64,000 bases of DNA from Octopus vulgaris (GCA_951406725.2 OX597831.1:42718001-42782000); one strand, 5' to 3'; positions 39,268 through 52,277 are shown, numbered from the stretch's first letter. Translations and numbers: made by a program. Notes: generated from the sequence alone by a model not told the origin.

Positions 39268-39319
39268 AACAAGCATGTCCTAATTAGACGGTCACCGCAT
39301 CACCGCATGCTGAAATCAC

Positions 39320-39648
39320 ATATATCTGTGTGTGTGTGTGTGTGTATGTGTGTGTGTGTGTGTGTGTGTTTGCGTCTGATTTTGCACCCCCACCACCGCT
39401 TGACAACCAGTGTTGGTGTGTTTGTGCCCCAGTAGCTTAGGGGTTCGGCAAAAGAGACGGATAAAATAAGTACCTGACTTTACAAAAAAGAAAAAGTGGC
39501 TGTGTGGTAAGTAGCTTGCTTACCAACCACATGGTTCCAGGTTCAGTCTCACTGCGTGGCACCTTAGGCAAATGTTTTCTGCTATAGCCTCGGGCCGACC
39601 AAAGCCTTGTGAGTGGATTTGGCAAACGGAAACTGAAAGAAGTCCGTC

Positions 39649-39710
<62 letters not shown>

Positions 39711-39970
39711 GTATGTATGTATTTATTCATGTATGTATGTATGTATGTATGTATGTATGTATGTATGTATGTATGTGTGTATGAATGTATCTGTGTTTGT
39801 CAACTGATGCTGGTGTGTTTACGTCACAGTAACTTAGCGGTTCGGCAAAAGAGACCGATAGAATAAGTACTAGGCTTTACAAAGGATAAGTCCTTGGGTC
39901 GATTTGCTCGACTAAAAGCGGTGCCCCAGCATGGCTGCAGTCAAATGACTGAAACAAGTAAAAGAATAAT
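39320..39970 (+). mobile_element. family B tail fragment followed by a near full-length family B SINE (39495-39970)
   Basis: Family B motifs; internal (TA)n(TATG)n of about 130 bp. Confidence 0.9.
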
Positions 39971-40029
39971 AGAGGTAAAGATATAGAACTGGCAACAGAC
40001 CTGCTCATGAGTAGCGTTCCGATCTCCGT

Positions 40030-40590
40030 CGCTTATATGCTATCAAAACCGAGTAAATCTTCGGTCTTTTGAGTCATAGGTTTTATGATCGACCAGAGAC
40101 TTAAATTTAAATAGATCTTATTAACGTCACATAAATCTATATTTATGGTAATTGTTTTACGAGTTTTCCTATTTAATCCAACCTTCTCTAGTTGATTCCA
40201 TTTTCGGATTATTCCACAATATCTCAAAAGAAATATGGCGCATAGCTCAATAGCTAGTCTTATTTTTATCATTTAATTAATTTAAGCAATAATTGTTAAC
40301 CTTCTCAAGAATTCTCTTCTAAAAATTTCCATCATATCACTTTTCTATCGTCATTTTCAAATCTGTTAAATCTAATTATATATAACTTTGTGTATTTACC
40401 TGTTTTCATAATTTCTTTAATATTTTCTCCTTTCAGATTTAAAACTCGACACGTTTCTATCCCAAATGCCATCCCAATATCTTCACTAAATCTCCGAACT
40501 GTCTGTTTTAAAGAATCTATTTTGATCTTTATTCTTTGCAATGTTTCAAATCATCCATGAGAATATGATATGATTTGTTATTATTGAGTG
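40030..40590 (-). mobile_element. decayed R4/Dong-clade reverse transcriptase fragment
   Basis: Minus HILMDDLK (catalytic DD), then LKQTVRRFSEDIGMAFGIETCRVLNLK and LLRYCGII..W...LNRKTRK. Confidence 0.82.
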
Positions 40591-41019
40591 CCATAAATGG
40601 TGCTTCCTTCTTTTCTGTATTGTCTCACTCTCTCCCAACTGACAGGCTTTGAAAGATACACAGCGTCTTCCAGAATAGAACTGACCTGTCGCTCTGTAGA
40701 ATTTTTGCGCCAGCGATAATTTCAAAAGAATTTCTTGTGTATATATAAATCAAAAGACAGGTGACAAAAGAGGCGCATTACGTACGAAACCCTCCCAGAG
40801 AATTTTAAATACTTTCTGAGAATATGAACAAGAGTAAAAATAGCAAGTCTTTAACCTATAAAACATTCTATAAAAATAGCTATCAAGCACATACTTATTA
40901 CCATTTACTTTAATAAGAGGTGGTGGTAAGCAGAATTTTTTTTTTTTTTTCCAAAATTCGATGGCTGGCATCCGTGCTAGTGGAGCACTAAGAGTACCAT
41001 CCGAGCGTGATCGTTGCCA

Positions 41020-41059
41020 GAGATACTTACTTGTACCCATGGGTACAAGTAAGTATCTC
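41020..41059. repeat. perfect 40-bp palindrome with no spacer
   Basis: GAGATACTTACTTGTACCCA/TGGGTACAAGTAAGTATCTC. Confidence 0.97.
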
Positions 41060-41281
41060 ATTTATTTTCTTATCGTATTTATCGCCGATGACGAGAAAAT
41101 TCTAAATGAATTAACTCAGAAATTGGGACCGATCCGATAATAACGAATTTTTTAGAAATTTCTATCGGCTTACTTTCGAGACGCGTGCTTATAGTGATAA
41201 ATTATATGGTTATTGATGATTAAGTCTATATTTCGGCATATTTGGCATTGGAATTTTTTTCTTTTGCCCTTGTTTATAAGT

Positions 41282-41338
<57 letters not shown>

Positions 41339-42104
41339 GTATTCATATATGAACTAAAATATAAATATATTCTTGTAAGAATATACGTATGTACTTACGT
41401 ACATAAGTCTGTTGTATGTTCTTAGGTATATATGAATGTATGTATCAAATGCATGTATGCATGTATGTATGTATGTATGTATGTATGTATGTATGTATGT
41501 ATTATGCATGCATGTATGTATGTGCCTATGTATATATTTATGTATATATATGCAGGTTTGTATGTTTTCCTTTGTGTATGTATTCTAATGCAAATAGTTG
41601 CATATCTAGACATGTTCATATATGTATGTATGTATGCATGCCTGCAGGTATGTATGTACGTATGCATGCATGTATGTATATAGACACGTACAGAGAAAGG
41701 GAAGTGAAGTAGAGGGGAATCTGTTCGCTTGGAACTTCGCTCATCAAAAGCAATATCCTCGAACCGATGATGAAATCCATTTATTTCAAGAACACAACAA
41801 ATCGAGGTCTGTGAAGTTCATGTTCATACCTGCTTCCACAGAATAATTAATTGCTTCGACAATTAAGGGAAGTAGTTCCAAACAAGAATTGAGATTAGTT
41901 CCCTAATTCATCTCGTATCCTACAACAATCAAACTACAAACACACACACATGCAAGAATAAATATGTATGTATATATGTATGCATGTGTATATGTTTGTT
42001 GTATGTGTATATATATATATATGTATGTATGTGTGTTTGTATGTATGTATGTATGTATGTATGTATGTATGTATATATGTGTGCATATATATATATATAT
42101 ATAT

Positions 42105-42460
42105 GGTTGGTTGGCACTCCGTCGGTTACGGCGACGAGTGTTCCAGTTGATCCGATCAATCAACGGAACAGCTAGCTCGTGAAATTAACGTGCAAGTAGC
42201 TGAGCACTCCACAGACACGTGTACCCTTGACATTGTTCTCGGGGGAGATTCAGCGTGACACAGACAGTGACAAGGCTGGCCCTTTGAAATACAGGTGCAA
42301 CAGAAACAGGAATATAGAGTTAGAGAAAGTTGTGGTGAAAGGGTACAACAAGGTTCGCCACCACCCCTGCCGAAGCCTCGTGGAGATTTAGGTGTTTTCG
42401 TTCAATAAACACTCACAACGCCCGGTCTGGGAATCGAAACCGCGATCCTACGACCGCGAG
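42105..42460 (-). mobile_element. SINE family C (head truncated)
   Basis: Colinear with 5279-5643; (CCAA)n tail. Confidence 0.9.
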
Positions 42461-42518
42461 TACTCTTCTTTGATAAAGCGGGTTAACCTAAAACGTCAGT
42501 CTACTAATTTCCCTTGCT

Positions 42519-42796
42519 TCGGCTTGTGGCCTAGTGGTTAGGCTGTTGCATTTACGATTATTAGATCGGGAGTTCGATTCTGAGACCGGGCAGTGCGTTG
42601 TGTTCTTGAGCAAAACATTTTATTTCACATTACTCCAGTTCTCCTTTCGATCGGAGGTGGGGATGGGGGGTAATGTTAGCGTGCTCGCTTAGCCATCGGG
42701 GTGGCGTCGTTCGAAGGTTAAGACGAAGCGAAGCGCACTGTGACTAGCAATGTGTAACAACAGCTGATAATCTGGTCGATCACATGATCACGTGAT
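42519..42796 (+). mobile_element. SINE family G (D-like head, tail ending TGATCACGTGA)
   Basis: TGGCCTAGTGGTTAGG A box, GAGTTCGATTCT B box; second copy at 50308-50582 minus. Confidence 0.75.
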
Positions 42797-42849
42797 GCGT
42801 GTGTGCTTGTGTGTGTGTGTGTGCGTGTGTGTGCGTGTGTGCGTGTGTG

Positions 42850-42968
42850 TTATTTTGGTCGAGTCAGCTTCGCAGGGTCACCAGGCAAGTTGTGGTCCAA
42901 CTTGCCTGAAGATCCTTGTACCTTTAGGTGAAACTCAGAGTGGCAAGAGGCTGACTCGACCAAAATAA
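42850..42968 (+). ncRNA. hammerhead-like fold (42901-42947) inside a 19-bp perfect inverted repeat
   Basis: CTTGC-CTGAAGA-T CCT...AGG T-GAA-ACTCAGAGT-G-GCAAG; outer IR TTATTTTGGTCGAGTCAGC / GCTGACTCGACCAAAATAA; N17=G is non-canonical. Confidence 0.55.
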
Positions 42969-43070
42969 ATGTTTTATTAATTCTTACCAATGTATTGAGT
43001 ATTTTTATATTCGACTATTGTATATAAGCATTCATATGTATATCTCTCCCTCTCTCCCCCTCTCTCTCCC

Positions 43071-43102
<32 letters not shown>

Positions 43103-43353
43103 AACAGAGAGAGAGATCGAAAAAGTGAGGAAATGAAAGTGAAAGATCATCAGCTGGCTAAACATTAATGGTTACACATATACATACTTACATATGTGCT
43201 GTGTGTGTGTACGCATGCATGTGTTTGCGCGCGCGCGCGCGTGTGTGTGCGTGCGCGCGTATTTGTGTGTGTCTGTGTGTACGTACATCTTCGCAAGAAA
43301 ACATTCTCAATGTTGCCGAGTGGGAATTCATTTCGGGCGCATTATACATACCG

Positions 43354-43354
<1 letters not shown>

Positions 43355-43399
<45 letters not shown>

Positions 43400-44027
43400 A
43401 CACTCTCTCTCTCGCTCTCTCTTACGTATGTGAGCGTGTATATATGTGTGTGTGTGTGTGTGTGTATACATACAGACATTATATATATATACATATATAT
43501 ATACATACACACACACAAAATATGTATGTATATATCTATGTATGTACCTATGGCTACCTCCGCACACATATTTACACTATCTATCTATCTATTTATTTAT
43601 CTATCTATGTATCTATCTATCTAGCTAGTTATCTGTATACATACATACATACACACATACCTACATACATACCTACACACATACATACACATACATACAT
43701 ACACACATACATATATACACATACACACATACCTACACACATACATACACACATACATACACATATACACACATACATACATACATACAGATATACATAC
43801 ATACATTCATACAGGTATGTGTGCATACACGCATGCACACATACAAAAACGCATTTGATGACTCCTACGTACTTGATTACAAACGAACAGACACATGTAC
43901 TCTCATTTTCTCTCTCTCTCTCTCTCTCTCTCTCACATAGAAAACGCCCACTTACACCTACCACACATACATGCACCTGCCTATAAACACACACACTCTC
44001 CCTCTCTCTCTCTCGCTCTCTCTCACA

Positions 44028-44058
<31 letters not shown>
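43355..44058. repeat. compound (CA)n/(CT)n/(CTAT)n/(ACAT)n microsatellite region
   Basis: Read directly; explains the 272-aa pseudo-ORF. Confidence 0.92.
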
Positions 44059-44408
44059 AGAAATGAATTAGAGAATTATCAACAGATGAAACACTTAATT
44101 AAGCTTCATTAACGTCATGAAATATTTATTTCTCTCATAAACACAAATTCTTAATATATGTGGGAGTTGGTGCGGAGAACTGGGCTCAGAATTGTTGGAG
44201 TACCGTCGGACAATTGCATCGCAGTTTTTGAACCGACTTAGTGCGTTCTGTATTCGAATCCCGCTGAAGTCATCTTTGTGTTATTTTCTTTTGGGATCGG
44301 TAAAATAAATTACCATTTAAATACTGACCCCTCTCCTCAATAGACTGATTTTATGGCCTTGTGTTAATATTAGTAACAATTCATGGTGCTGGGTTGGCGA
44401 AATCGTTA

Positions 44409-44790
44409 GGAGTGGCTGTGTGGTAAGTAGCTTGCTTACCAACCACATGGTTCCGGGTTCAGTCCCACAGCGTGGCACTTTGGGCAAGTGTCTTCTACTA
44501 TAGCCTCGGGTCGACCAAAGCCTTGTGAGTGGATTTGGTAGACGGAAACTGAATGAAGCCCGTCGTATATATGTGTGTGTGTGTTTGTGTGTCTGTGTTT
44601 GTACCCCCAACATCACTTATCAACCGATGCTGGTGTGTTTACGTCTCCGTAACTTAGCGGTTCGGCAAAAGAGACCGACAGAATAAGTACTAGGCTTACA
44701 AAGAATAAGTCCTGGGGTCGATTTGCTCGACTAAAGGCGGTGCCCCAGCATGGCCGCAATCAAATGACTGAAATAAGAAAAAGAGTAAAA
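44409..44790 (+). mobile_element. SINE family B, well conserved
   Basis: Complete head, CORE-like segment, short internal (TG)n and tail. Confidence 0.95.
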
Positions 44791-44815
44791 AAGACCATCG
44801 ACTTGTGCGATATTT

Positions 44816-45110
44816 CAGTGATTCCCAAAGTGGACGGTACTACCCCCTTGGGGGCAGTGGAAAGAGCCAAGGGGTGCGTTGAAGTAAAGTGGGGTCCGAT
44901 AATGGGGGGGTGGCCAAATGGGGTAATGAACGTAAAATAAACAACCAAAATATTGGGTTAATTAGATTACGTTTTTATTTGTGAAATACAGTTGTTTTGA
45001 ATTTACTGTAGAAAGTGTTCTGTGTTTGTGGTGGTGAGTGATGGGGTGACGCTAAGAACGAGACCTTGGTGTCAAGGGAGCAGCGGCCTAAAAAAGTTTG
45101 GGAATCACTG
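44816..45110. mobile_element. hAT-superfamily (Charlie-like) MITE
   Basis: TIRs CAGTGATTCCCAAA / TTTGGGAATCACTG; 8-bp target site duplication CGATATTT (44808-44815) / CAATATTT (45111-45118). Confidence 0.9.
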
Positions 45111-45751
45111 CAATATTTGTTTCGGATCTTCAGGTTCTGAGATCAAATCCTACCATAGTCTGTTTGTTCTGAATCTTTACGTAATTGTTCCGGCTTTTGT
45201 TTTTACTTTCAGCATTTAATTTCCGTCGAGGTCATCGTAGCTTTTCATCCTTCCGGAGTTGTTAAGATAAAATACCGACCAAGTTCTGAGGTCGACTTAA
45301 TTGACGAACTTCTTCACCCCAGATTTCTGGCCTTGTGCCTAAGTTAAAAGCAAGTATTATTTATTATATTTGGCTCATCATCAAAACAACCACCTAATGT
45401 GAGATAATGTTTAGTTTTCTTTTTATAAATACCTTAATATTATTGATTTCTAAGTCTGGCACCAAGCCATAAATTACGTGTAGAGACTGACTACAGCTGA
45501 TGTAAGTAACCGCACCCTGGTTCTCCTATTCATCTACCTCCCTCCCTCCTTCTCTCCCTCTCTCCCTCTCAGAACTTCACTGGTACTTTATTTTATCGAT
45601 TCCGAAATTTAAAAAAAAAATTAACGAAATCCCAATCTGGCGGTATTTGAACACAGAACGGAATGGGCCAGAGCAACATACTGCAATTGATTTTCTCAGA
45701 TATTCTAGCAGTTCAGCCAATCTACCATGCTGGCAGAAATAACATTAATTT

Positions 45752-45931
45752 TTTCGTCTGCCGTTACGTTCTGAGTTCAAATTCCGCTGAGGTCGACTTT
45801 GCCTTTCATCCTTTCGAGGTCGATAAATTAAGTACCAGTTACGCACTGGAGTCGATGTAATCGACTTAATCCCTTTTTCTGTCCTTGTTTGTCCCCTCTA
45901 TGTTTAGCCCCTTGTGGGCAATAAAAGAATA
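45752..45931 (+). mobile_element. 5'-truncated family A1 SINE with 17-bp target site duplication
   Basis: AGAAATAACATTAATTT (45735-45751) / AGAAATAGCATTAATTT (45932-45948). Confidence 0.9.
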
Positions 45932-46964
45932 AGAAATAGCATTAATTTAAAATAGACACAAAACCCCTACGTTGATTTAGTATAGGCGCAAGACGCCATG
46001 TTGATTTAAGATGGGTACAAGATCCTGTGTTAATCTACGATAAGCACAAGATTCCATGATTATTTTAGACAGGCAGATAATCACATATTTTGGTGGATTG
46101 AGCCTTCGATTACATGGACCTCAATGTGCGATCGCTACTTTATTTTATTAACCCCCCGACCCCTGAAAGTATGAAAGGCAACGACAACCTTGAAAGAATT
46201 TCACCTCAAGACGTAAGATTGTTTTCACGACGCTCTGCCGATTCTGTTTATCCACTGCACTGGAGAAATTAACGATGAGAAAACAACAACCACAATAATG
46301 ACAACACCAACAATAACAATAACAACGACAAAAAAAAATGACAAGAAGCGGAATACAATTAATTTTTGATATTAGGCCAACTTGATTGATTTTGCTTCTT
46401 CATTACGGTGTGACGTAATAAAGATAACAAGTTAACGAGCGAGCCCCAACGCAGTTGTTCAATTTGCTTGAAATAGCAGCCAAATTTCCTTCATCCCCCC
46501 CCCCCCAACCCAACGTTTTCTTAGAAAAGAAAGGCACATTGGATTATTTAGCCCCGAGTACACTGTGCCTAAAGTAAAACACGGGATGGTCACAGCTGAA
46601 ACACCTTTGATCATTCGTTGGTCAGCTGCTCGATTAGGAATGATCTGGAAGCTGAACAACAACGAAAACAGCTACAACAATAACAACAAAAACAATGATA
46701 TTAACTTATTGGTGAAACACGAGCGTAAGGTGATTTCTTGGAATTTCTTGGGATGTTTTCTAGAAAAGTCGATTTCTCTAAATTGAATAGCATCATATAT
46801 TGAATTTTATATGTAATTAACGGGAGTATGTATTTAACTGAATTACCAAAGTAGGCAATTAATTACGAGAATTCAATATGTTGTAATTAGTAACATATTG
46901 TGGCTGTATTACACATGAATTACACAGATTATATAAAAACAATATTGAAATGCTATAATGTTGC

Positions 46965-48290
46965 AAGCTGGCAGAATCGCTAGCACGCCACGCAAAATGC
47001 ATAGCGGTATTCCGTCCACCTTTACGTTCTTAGTTCAAACTCTGCCGAGGTCGACCATTTTAATTTTTATCTTTTCGGGGTTGATAAATTAAGCACCAGT
47101 TGCGTACTGGGGTCGATCTAATCGACTGGCCACCACCCCCAAAATTTCGAGCCTTGTGTCTTGAGTAGAAAAGCATATTGACATGTTATAATGTTGCAAG
47201 CTGGCAGAATCGTTAGCACGCCGGGCAAAAGCGTAGCGGCATTTCCTCAGTTCTGAGTTCAAACTCCGCCGAGGTCGACTATGCTTTTTATCCTTTCGAG
47301 GTCGATAAAATAAGAGCCAGATCAATACTGAGGTTAATTTAATCAAATAGCCCCCTCCTCCCGGAATTTCTGGCCTTGTGCCAAAGCTTGAAATCACTAT
47401 TAAAACGTTCTAAGGCTGCAACGAATCAGAATCATTAGAACGCCGGGCAAAATTCATAGCGGTATTTCGTCCGTCCTTACGTTCTGAGTTCAAACACCGC
47501 AGACGTCGACTTTGCCTTTCAACTTTTCGGGAGTCAATAAAATAAATACGAGTTGAATACCGAGGTCGATGTAATCGACTAGCCCGACCTTGCTAGCTTT
47601 GTATCAGAATTTCAGATCAATATCAACACGTTCTGCTTTTTTATTTTTTAAATTTACAATATGTTTTCTGTACAAGGCGACGAGCTGGCAGAAACGTTAG
47701 CGCACCGGGCGAAATGCGTAGCTGTATTTCGTCTGCCGGTACGTTCTGAGTTCAAATTCCGCCGAGGTCGACTTTGCCTTTCATCCTTCCGGGGTCGATA
47801 AATTAAGTACCAGTTACGCACTGGGGTCGATGTAATCGACTTAATCCGTTTGTCTGTCCTTGTTTGTCCCCTCTGTGTTTAGCCCCTTGTGGGCAGTAAA
47901 GAAATAGGTATTTTGTCTGCCGTTACGTTCTGAGTTCAAATTCCGCCGAGGTCGACTTTGCCTTTCATCCTTTCGAGGGTCGATAAATTAAGTACCAATT
48001 ACACACTGTGGTCGATGTAATCGACTTAATCCGTTTGTCTGTCCTTGTTTGTCCCCCCTGTGTGTAACCCCTTGCGGGCAGTAAAGAAATAAGAAACGTT
48101 AGCACGCCCGGCGAAATGTTTAGCGGGATTTCAACTGTCTTTATGTTCTGAGTTCAAATTCCATCGAGGTTGACTTTGCCTTTCTTTCTTTCGGGTCGAT
48201 AAATTAAGTACCAGTTGCATACTGGGGTATTTCTAATCGACTTACCCCTCCCCCAAAATTTCGGGCCTTGTGCCTAGAGTAGAAAAGAAT
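46965..48290 (+). mobile_element. co-oriented array of six family A SINE units
   Basis: Heads near 46965, 47198, 47412 and 47675; tail-into-head junctions near 47900 (GAAATAGGTATTTTGTCTG) and 48085 (AAGAAATAAGAAACGTTAGC). Confidence 0.92.
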
Positions 48291-48439
48291 ACGTTTTCTG
48301 TACACATTCATGGATAAGCATTGGCATGAGGTTCGTTTGGCATAATACCTTCTTTGAGAGTTGGGTCCGTTGTCTTTAAGATAAGTACAAGATCCTATTT
48401 TAAAAGAGGCACAAAGCGCCATGCACAAAGCCATGTTGG

Positions 48440-48493
<54 letters not shown>

Positions 48494-48499
48494 TTCTTT

Positions 48500-48814
<315 letters not shown>

Positions 48815-48958
48815 GATATATACACTCACACACACATGTATATGTGTGTGTATTATATTTATATACATCAGGGTTTCTTTCATTTTCCACCTCCCGAATC
48901 CATGTATATATATATGTGTGTGTATGTATGTGTGTGTGTACATACATACATACATACA

Positions 48959-48989
<31 letters not shown>

Positions 48990-49209
48990 GTGAGTGCACA
49001 CGTGGGTATGTGTAAGAGTGGAATAAAACACTGAGCATCAAGTACAGGCTGTGTTTATGTAGTCAGCACAAGGAATCAGCTGACTGCATCATTTCTGGCT
49101 GCTTAGTTATAACGAAATCACATTATGTCTAAATACACAATCGAGGCGGCAGCTTTGTACGTCCAGTGGGCAAAACACAAATACTTTGACAAGAACGCGT
49201 AAGCAAAAG

Positions 49210-49550
49210 ACGGATGTCCGTCGGTTTCGACGATGGATGTCCAATTGTACGATCAACTGAGCTTCTTGCTTGATGAATGAAGGTGCAAGCTTCTTAGTAA
49301 TCCAAAGACTTGTCTAACTCTTAATGTAATTTTCAAGCAGAATCAGTGTGACACAGTGTATGACAAGGCCGCAACCTACCTTTGAATTACGGGTACAATC
49401 CATCCGATGAGCTTCCGTACAGTTTTTACCCACCATATTTCACTCAGATGATGTGGGTTAAGTCGGGGCTAAAATAAAAGACATATTCAGTATACCACGT
49501 GATGGAATCGAAAACGTGACCCTGTGGTTGCGAAGCAAATCTCTTCACAT
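49210..49550 (-). mobile_element. old SINE with family B head and family C tail
   Basis: C-type CCGTCGGTTTCGACGA...GTGTGACACAG...CTTTGAATTAC joined to a B-type head; same architecture as 33258-33505. Confidence 0.6.
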
Positions 49551-49896
49551 TTCTACCACGCTACATCCTTGTAAACATGTACCAAACACGGTAATACATG
49601 TGTGGTCGTATGTCACAACTCTCTGTGACATACTTACTGAGACCGAGGAAGTTGAGGCAAACTGGCCAGATATAACGACCGGAGGCGGAAACGAGAATCT
49701 CTATACTCTAGCAGACATCGCGTTGCTTCTTACAAAACTGTAGCCCACACGCGACAACAGCAGTTCGACATAACTCCACAAGTCAGCAATCCTCGGCTAC
49801 TGTACGAGCGAGTGCAGTACAAAGAGCATTAGGTTTTTATAAGATGAACACGAAGAAGAAACATTCAGACGGTCTTCATACGAAGTCAGGACGCCA

Positions 49897-50101
49897 TGAT
49901 AGATCGTTAGCTCCTACACACATTTTTTTTTCTCTCCTTGTTTCTCTCCTTGTTTTTTTCTGTGTATCTTTCTGTCGAAGAGCGTAGGCTCGAAACGTAA
50001 AATACTTTTTTCTATTTCTATTCCTGAGCGCCATACTAATACATTTGTTTGTTTGTACTCCACCTGTCTTCGTCTTTTGTTTATTTTCGTAAACTTTCCC
50101 G

Positions 50102-50103
<2 letters not shown>
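49897..50103 (+). mobile_element. ~200-bp hammerhead-bearing Penelope-type element (HHR fold 49967-50004)
   Basis: TCTTT-CTGTCGA-A-GAGC GTAG GCTC-GAA-ACGT-A-AAATA; ends in (TA)n. Confidence 0.75.
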
Positions 50104-50138
<35 letters not shown>

Positions 50139-50154
50139 AAATTCCTCTATTTTA

Positions 50155-50237
50155 TTTTCAACATATGTTTCGAAGGCTGCATATTCCTAATTTCGAAGGA
50201 ATAAGGGGTGCATTATGCCGCCTTCTCATCAGGAAAA
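50155..50237 (-). ncRNA. type I hammerhead ribozyme with canonical core
   Basis: Minus TTTTC-CTGATGA-GAAGGC...GCCTTC-GAA-ACATATGT-T-GAAAA: stem I 5 bp, CUGAUGA, G10.1-C11.1, extended stem II, palindromic stem III, GUU cleavage triplet. Confidence 0.8.
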
Positions 50238-50307
50238 GCAAGGAACTTATGTCAGCATCAAGATGAACAAAAAAACTTTTAGATGACTGCTCACACGGAG
50301 CATATAT

Positions 50308-50582
50308 ACCACGTGATTACGTGACCGATCAGACAATCAGATGCTGTTACACATCGTTGTTCACAATGTGTTTGCATCGTTTTACATTTCGAATGACGCC
50401 GCCTCACTGGCTAGACAAGCAGGACGACATTTCTTTCCGATCGACTAATCGAAAGGGGGATTTGAAGCAATGTGAAAAGAAGCGCTTTGCTCAAGATCAC
50501 AACGCATCCCTTGACAGGGAATCGAACCCACCATCTCTAGATCGGGCGTACAACAGCCAAACCACCAGGCCACGCACCTTCA
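50308..50582 (-). mobile_element. SINE family G
   Basis: Reverse complement of the 42519-42796 architecture. Confidence 0.72.
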
Positions 50583-50737
50583 CAGAGAGAGAAAGAGAGA
50601 AAGGGAAGCCCAGTCAACTTGACCGTTAAAATAAATTAGACTCTATCCTTAGTAATCACACCATCCATAAATGCTTACCTGTCATTCTTATAAGTACTTT
50701 AAAATAATAAAGATTACTTTTATTATAAAATACACAA

Positions 50738-50945
50738 TAGGTGCAGGAGCAGCTTTCCGGTCGCATGGTTCTGGGTTCAGTTCTACTGCATGGCACTTCG
50801 AATAAGTGCCTTGTACTATATCCACGGGCCAACCAAAGCCTTGTGAGTGGATTTGATAGACAGAAGCATATATATTTTTTATTATTTTTATTTTTTATTT
50901 CATCTAGTTTCAGCTCACGAGCTGTGGCCATACTGGGGCACCGCC

Positions 50946-50976
<31 letters not shown>

Positions 50977-51410
50977 TAAACAATAAGGGTAGAAATTGAT
51001 ATTAATCAATTCAAACCAATGGCTTAGCATATTTAAAAAATCCGAAGATTAAAAATTGTGTTACATACAAAATTATGAGTAATGGCCACTAAAGTGGACA
51101 CCTAATATGCTAAATATAGACGTCGTCCACGTTAGTGGTCATTCCTCTTAATTTTATATATATATACATACATATATATATATATATATACATGTGTGTG
51201 TGCGTGTGTTTGCCTCCTACCATCGCTTGATAACCAGCGTTGGTGAGTTTACGTCCACGTAACTTAGCGGTTCGGTAAAAAAGACCGATAGATTAAGTAC
51301 CTGACTTCAAAAAAATAAAAGTACTTGGGTCAATTCATTCGATTAAAATTGTTCAAGGCGATGCCCCAGCTTGGGCGCAGTCTAATGATTGAAGCAAGTA
51401 AAAAGAATAG
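50738..51410 (+). mobile_element. family B SINE split at its internal microsatellite by nested inserts (head 50738-50865, tail 51200-51410)
   Basis: Head and tail motifs in correct order; between them a minus-strand SINE tail (50890-50945) and an inverted-repeat insert. Confidence 0.7.
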
Positions 51411-51457
51411 AATATTACTTTCATAAATAATTATATACATGCATGCATATACGAATA

Positions 51458-51697
51458 TGGCTTAGTGGTTAGGGTGTCAGCATCATGATCGTGAGATTGT
51501 GGTTTCGATTCCTGGACCGGGCGACGCGCTGTGTTCTTGAGCAAAACACTTCATTTCACGTTGCTCAGTTCACTCAGCTGGCAAAAATGAGTAACGCTGT
51601 GATGGACTGGTGTCCCGTCCAGCTGGGGAACACATACGCCATTGAAACCGGGAAACCGGGCCCATGATCTTGGCTAGGCTTTAAAAGGGTGCATTTA
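51458..51697 (+). mobile_element. SINE family D
   Basis: Matches the reverse complement of 38644-38900. Confidence 0.9.
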
Positions 51698-52124
51698 TTT
51701 TTTTTTATTTATACATATACAAATACACAGGTTGCGTCAACAAAACTCCCACGTTAGCTACATGAAGATGAAAAATATAAGAGAGTTTTTCTCCTGCATG
51801 CTAAACACATGAAGCCCTACCAGCCACTCATCGCAGAAGGCACTTTCAGCTCAATAGCAAAATTCATGTTGAATACTCTCTGCAAACTCACTCAACGTAA
51901 ATTTACAAAGTTGTCACCCTATAAAATAAGACAACACATATTCTGACATATGCTTGTTATGGCGAATGACGATGGCGATGGTGATGGCTTGTTATCACCA
52001 TCAGCGCCTGATGATGTCGTAAGTCAGCGCTAGTAGAACATACAGCGTGTCATGGGCATTTAAAAACGTTGCAGGGGGTATCGTTCTGCAGATCTGAACA
52101 CAACCGATTTCTACCAGGGAGAAA

Positions 52125-52277
<153 letters not shown>

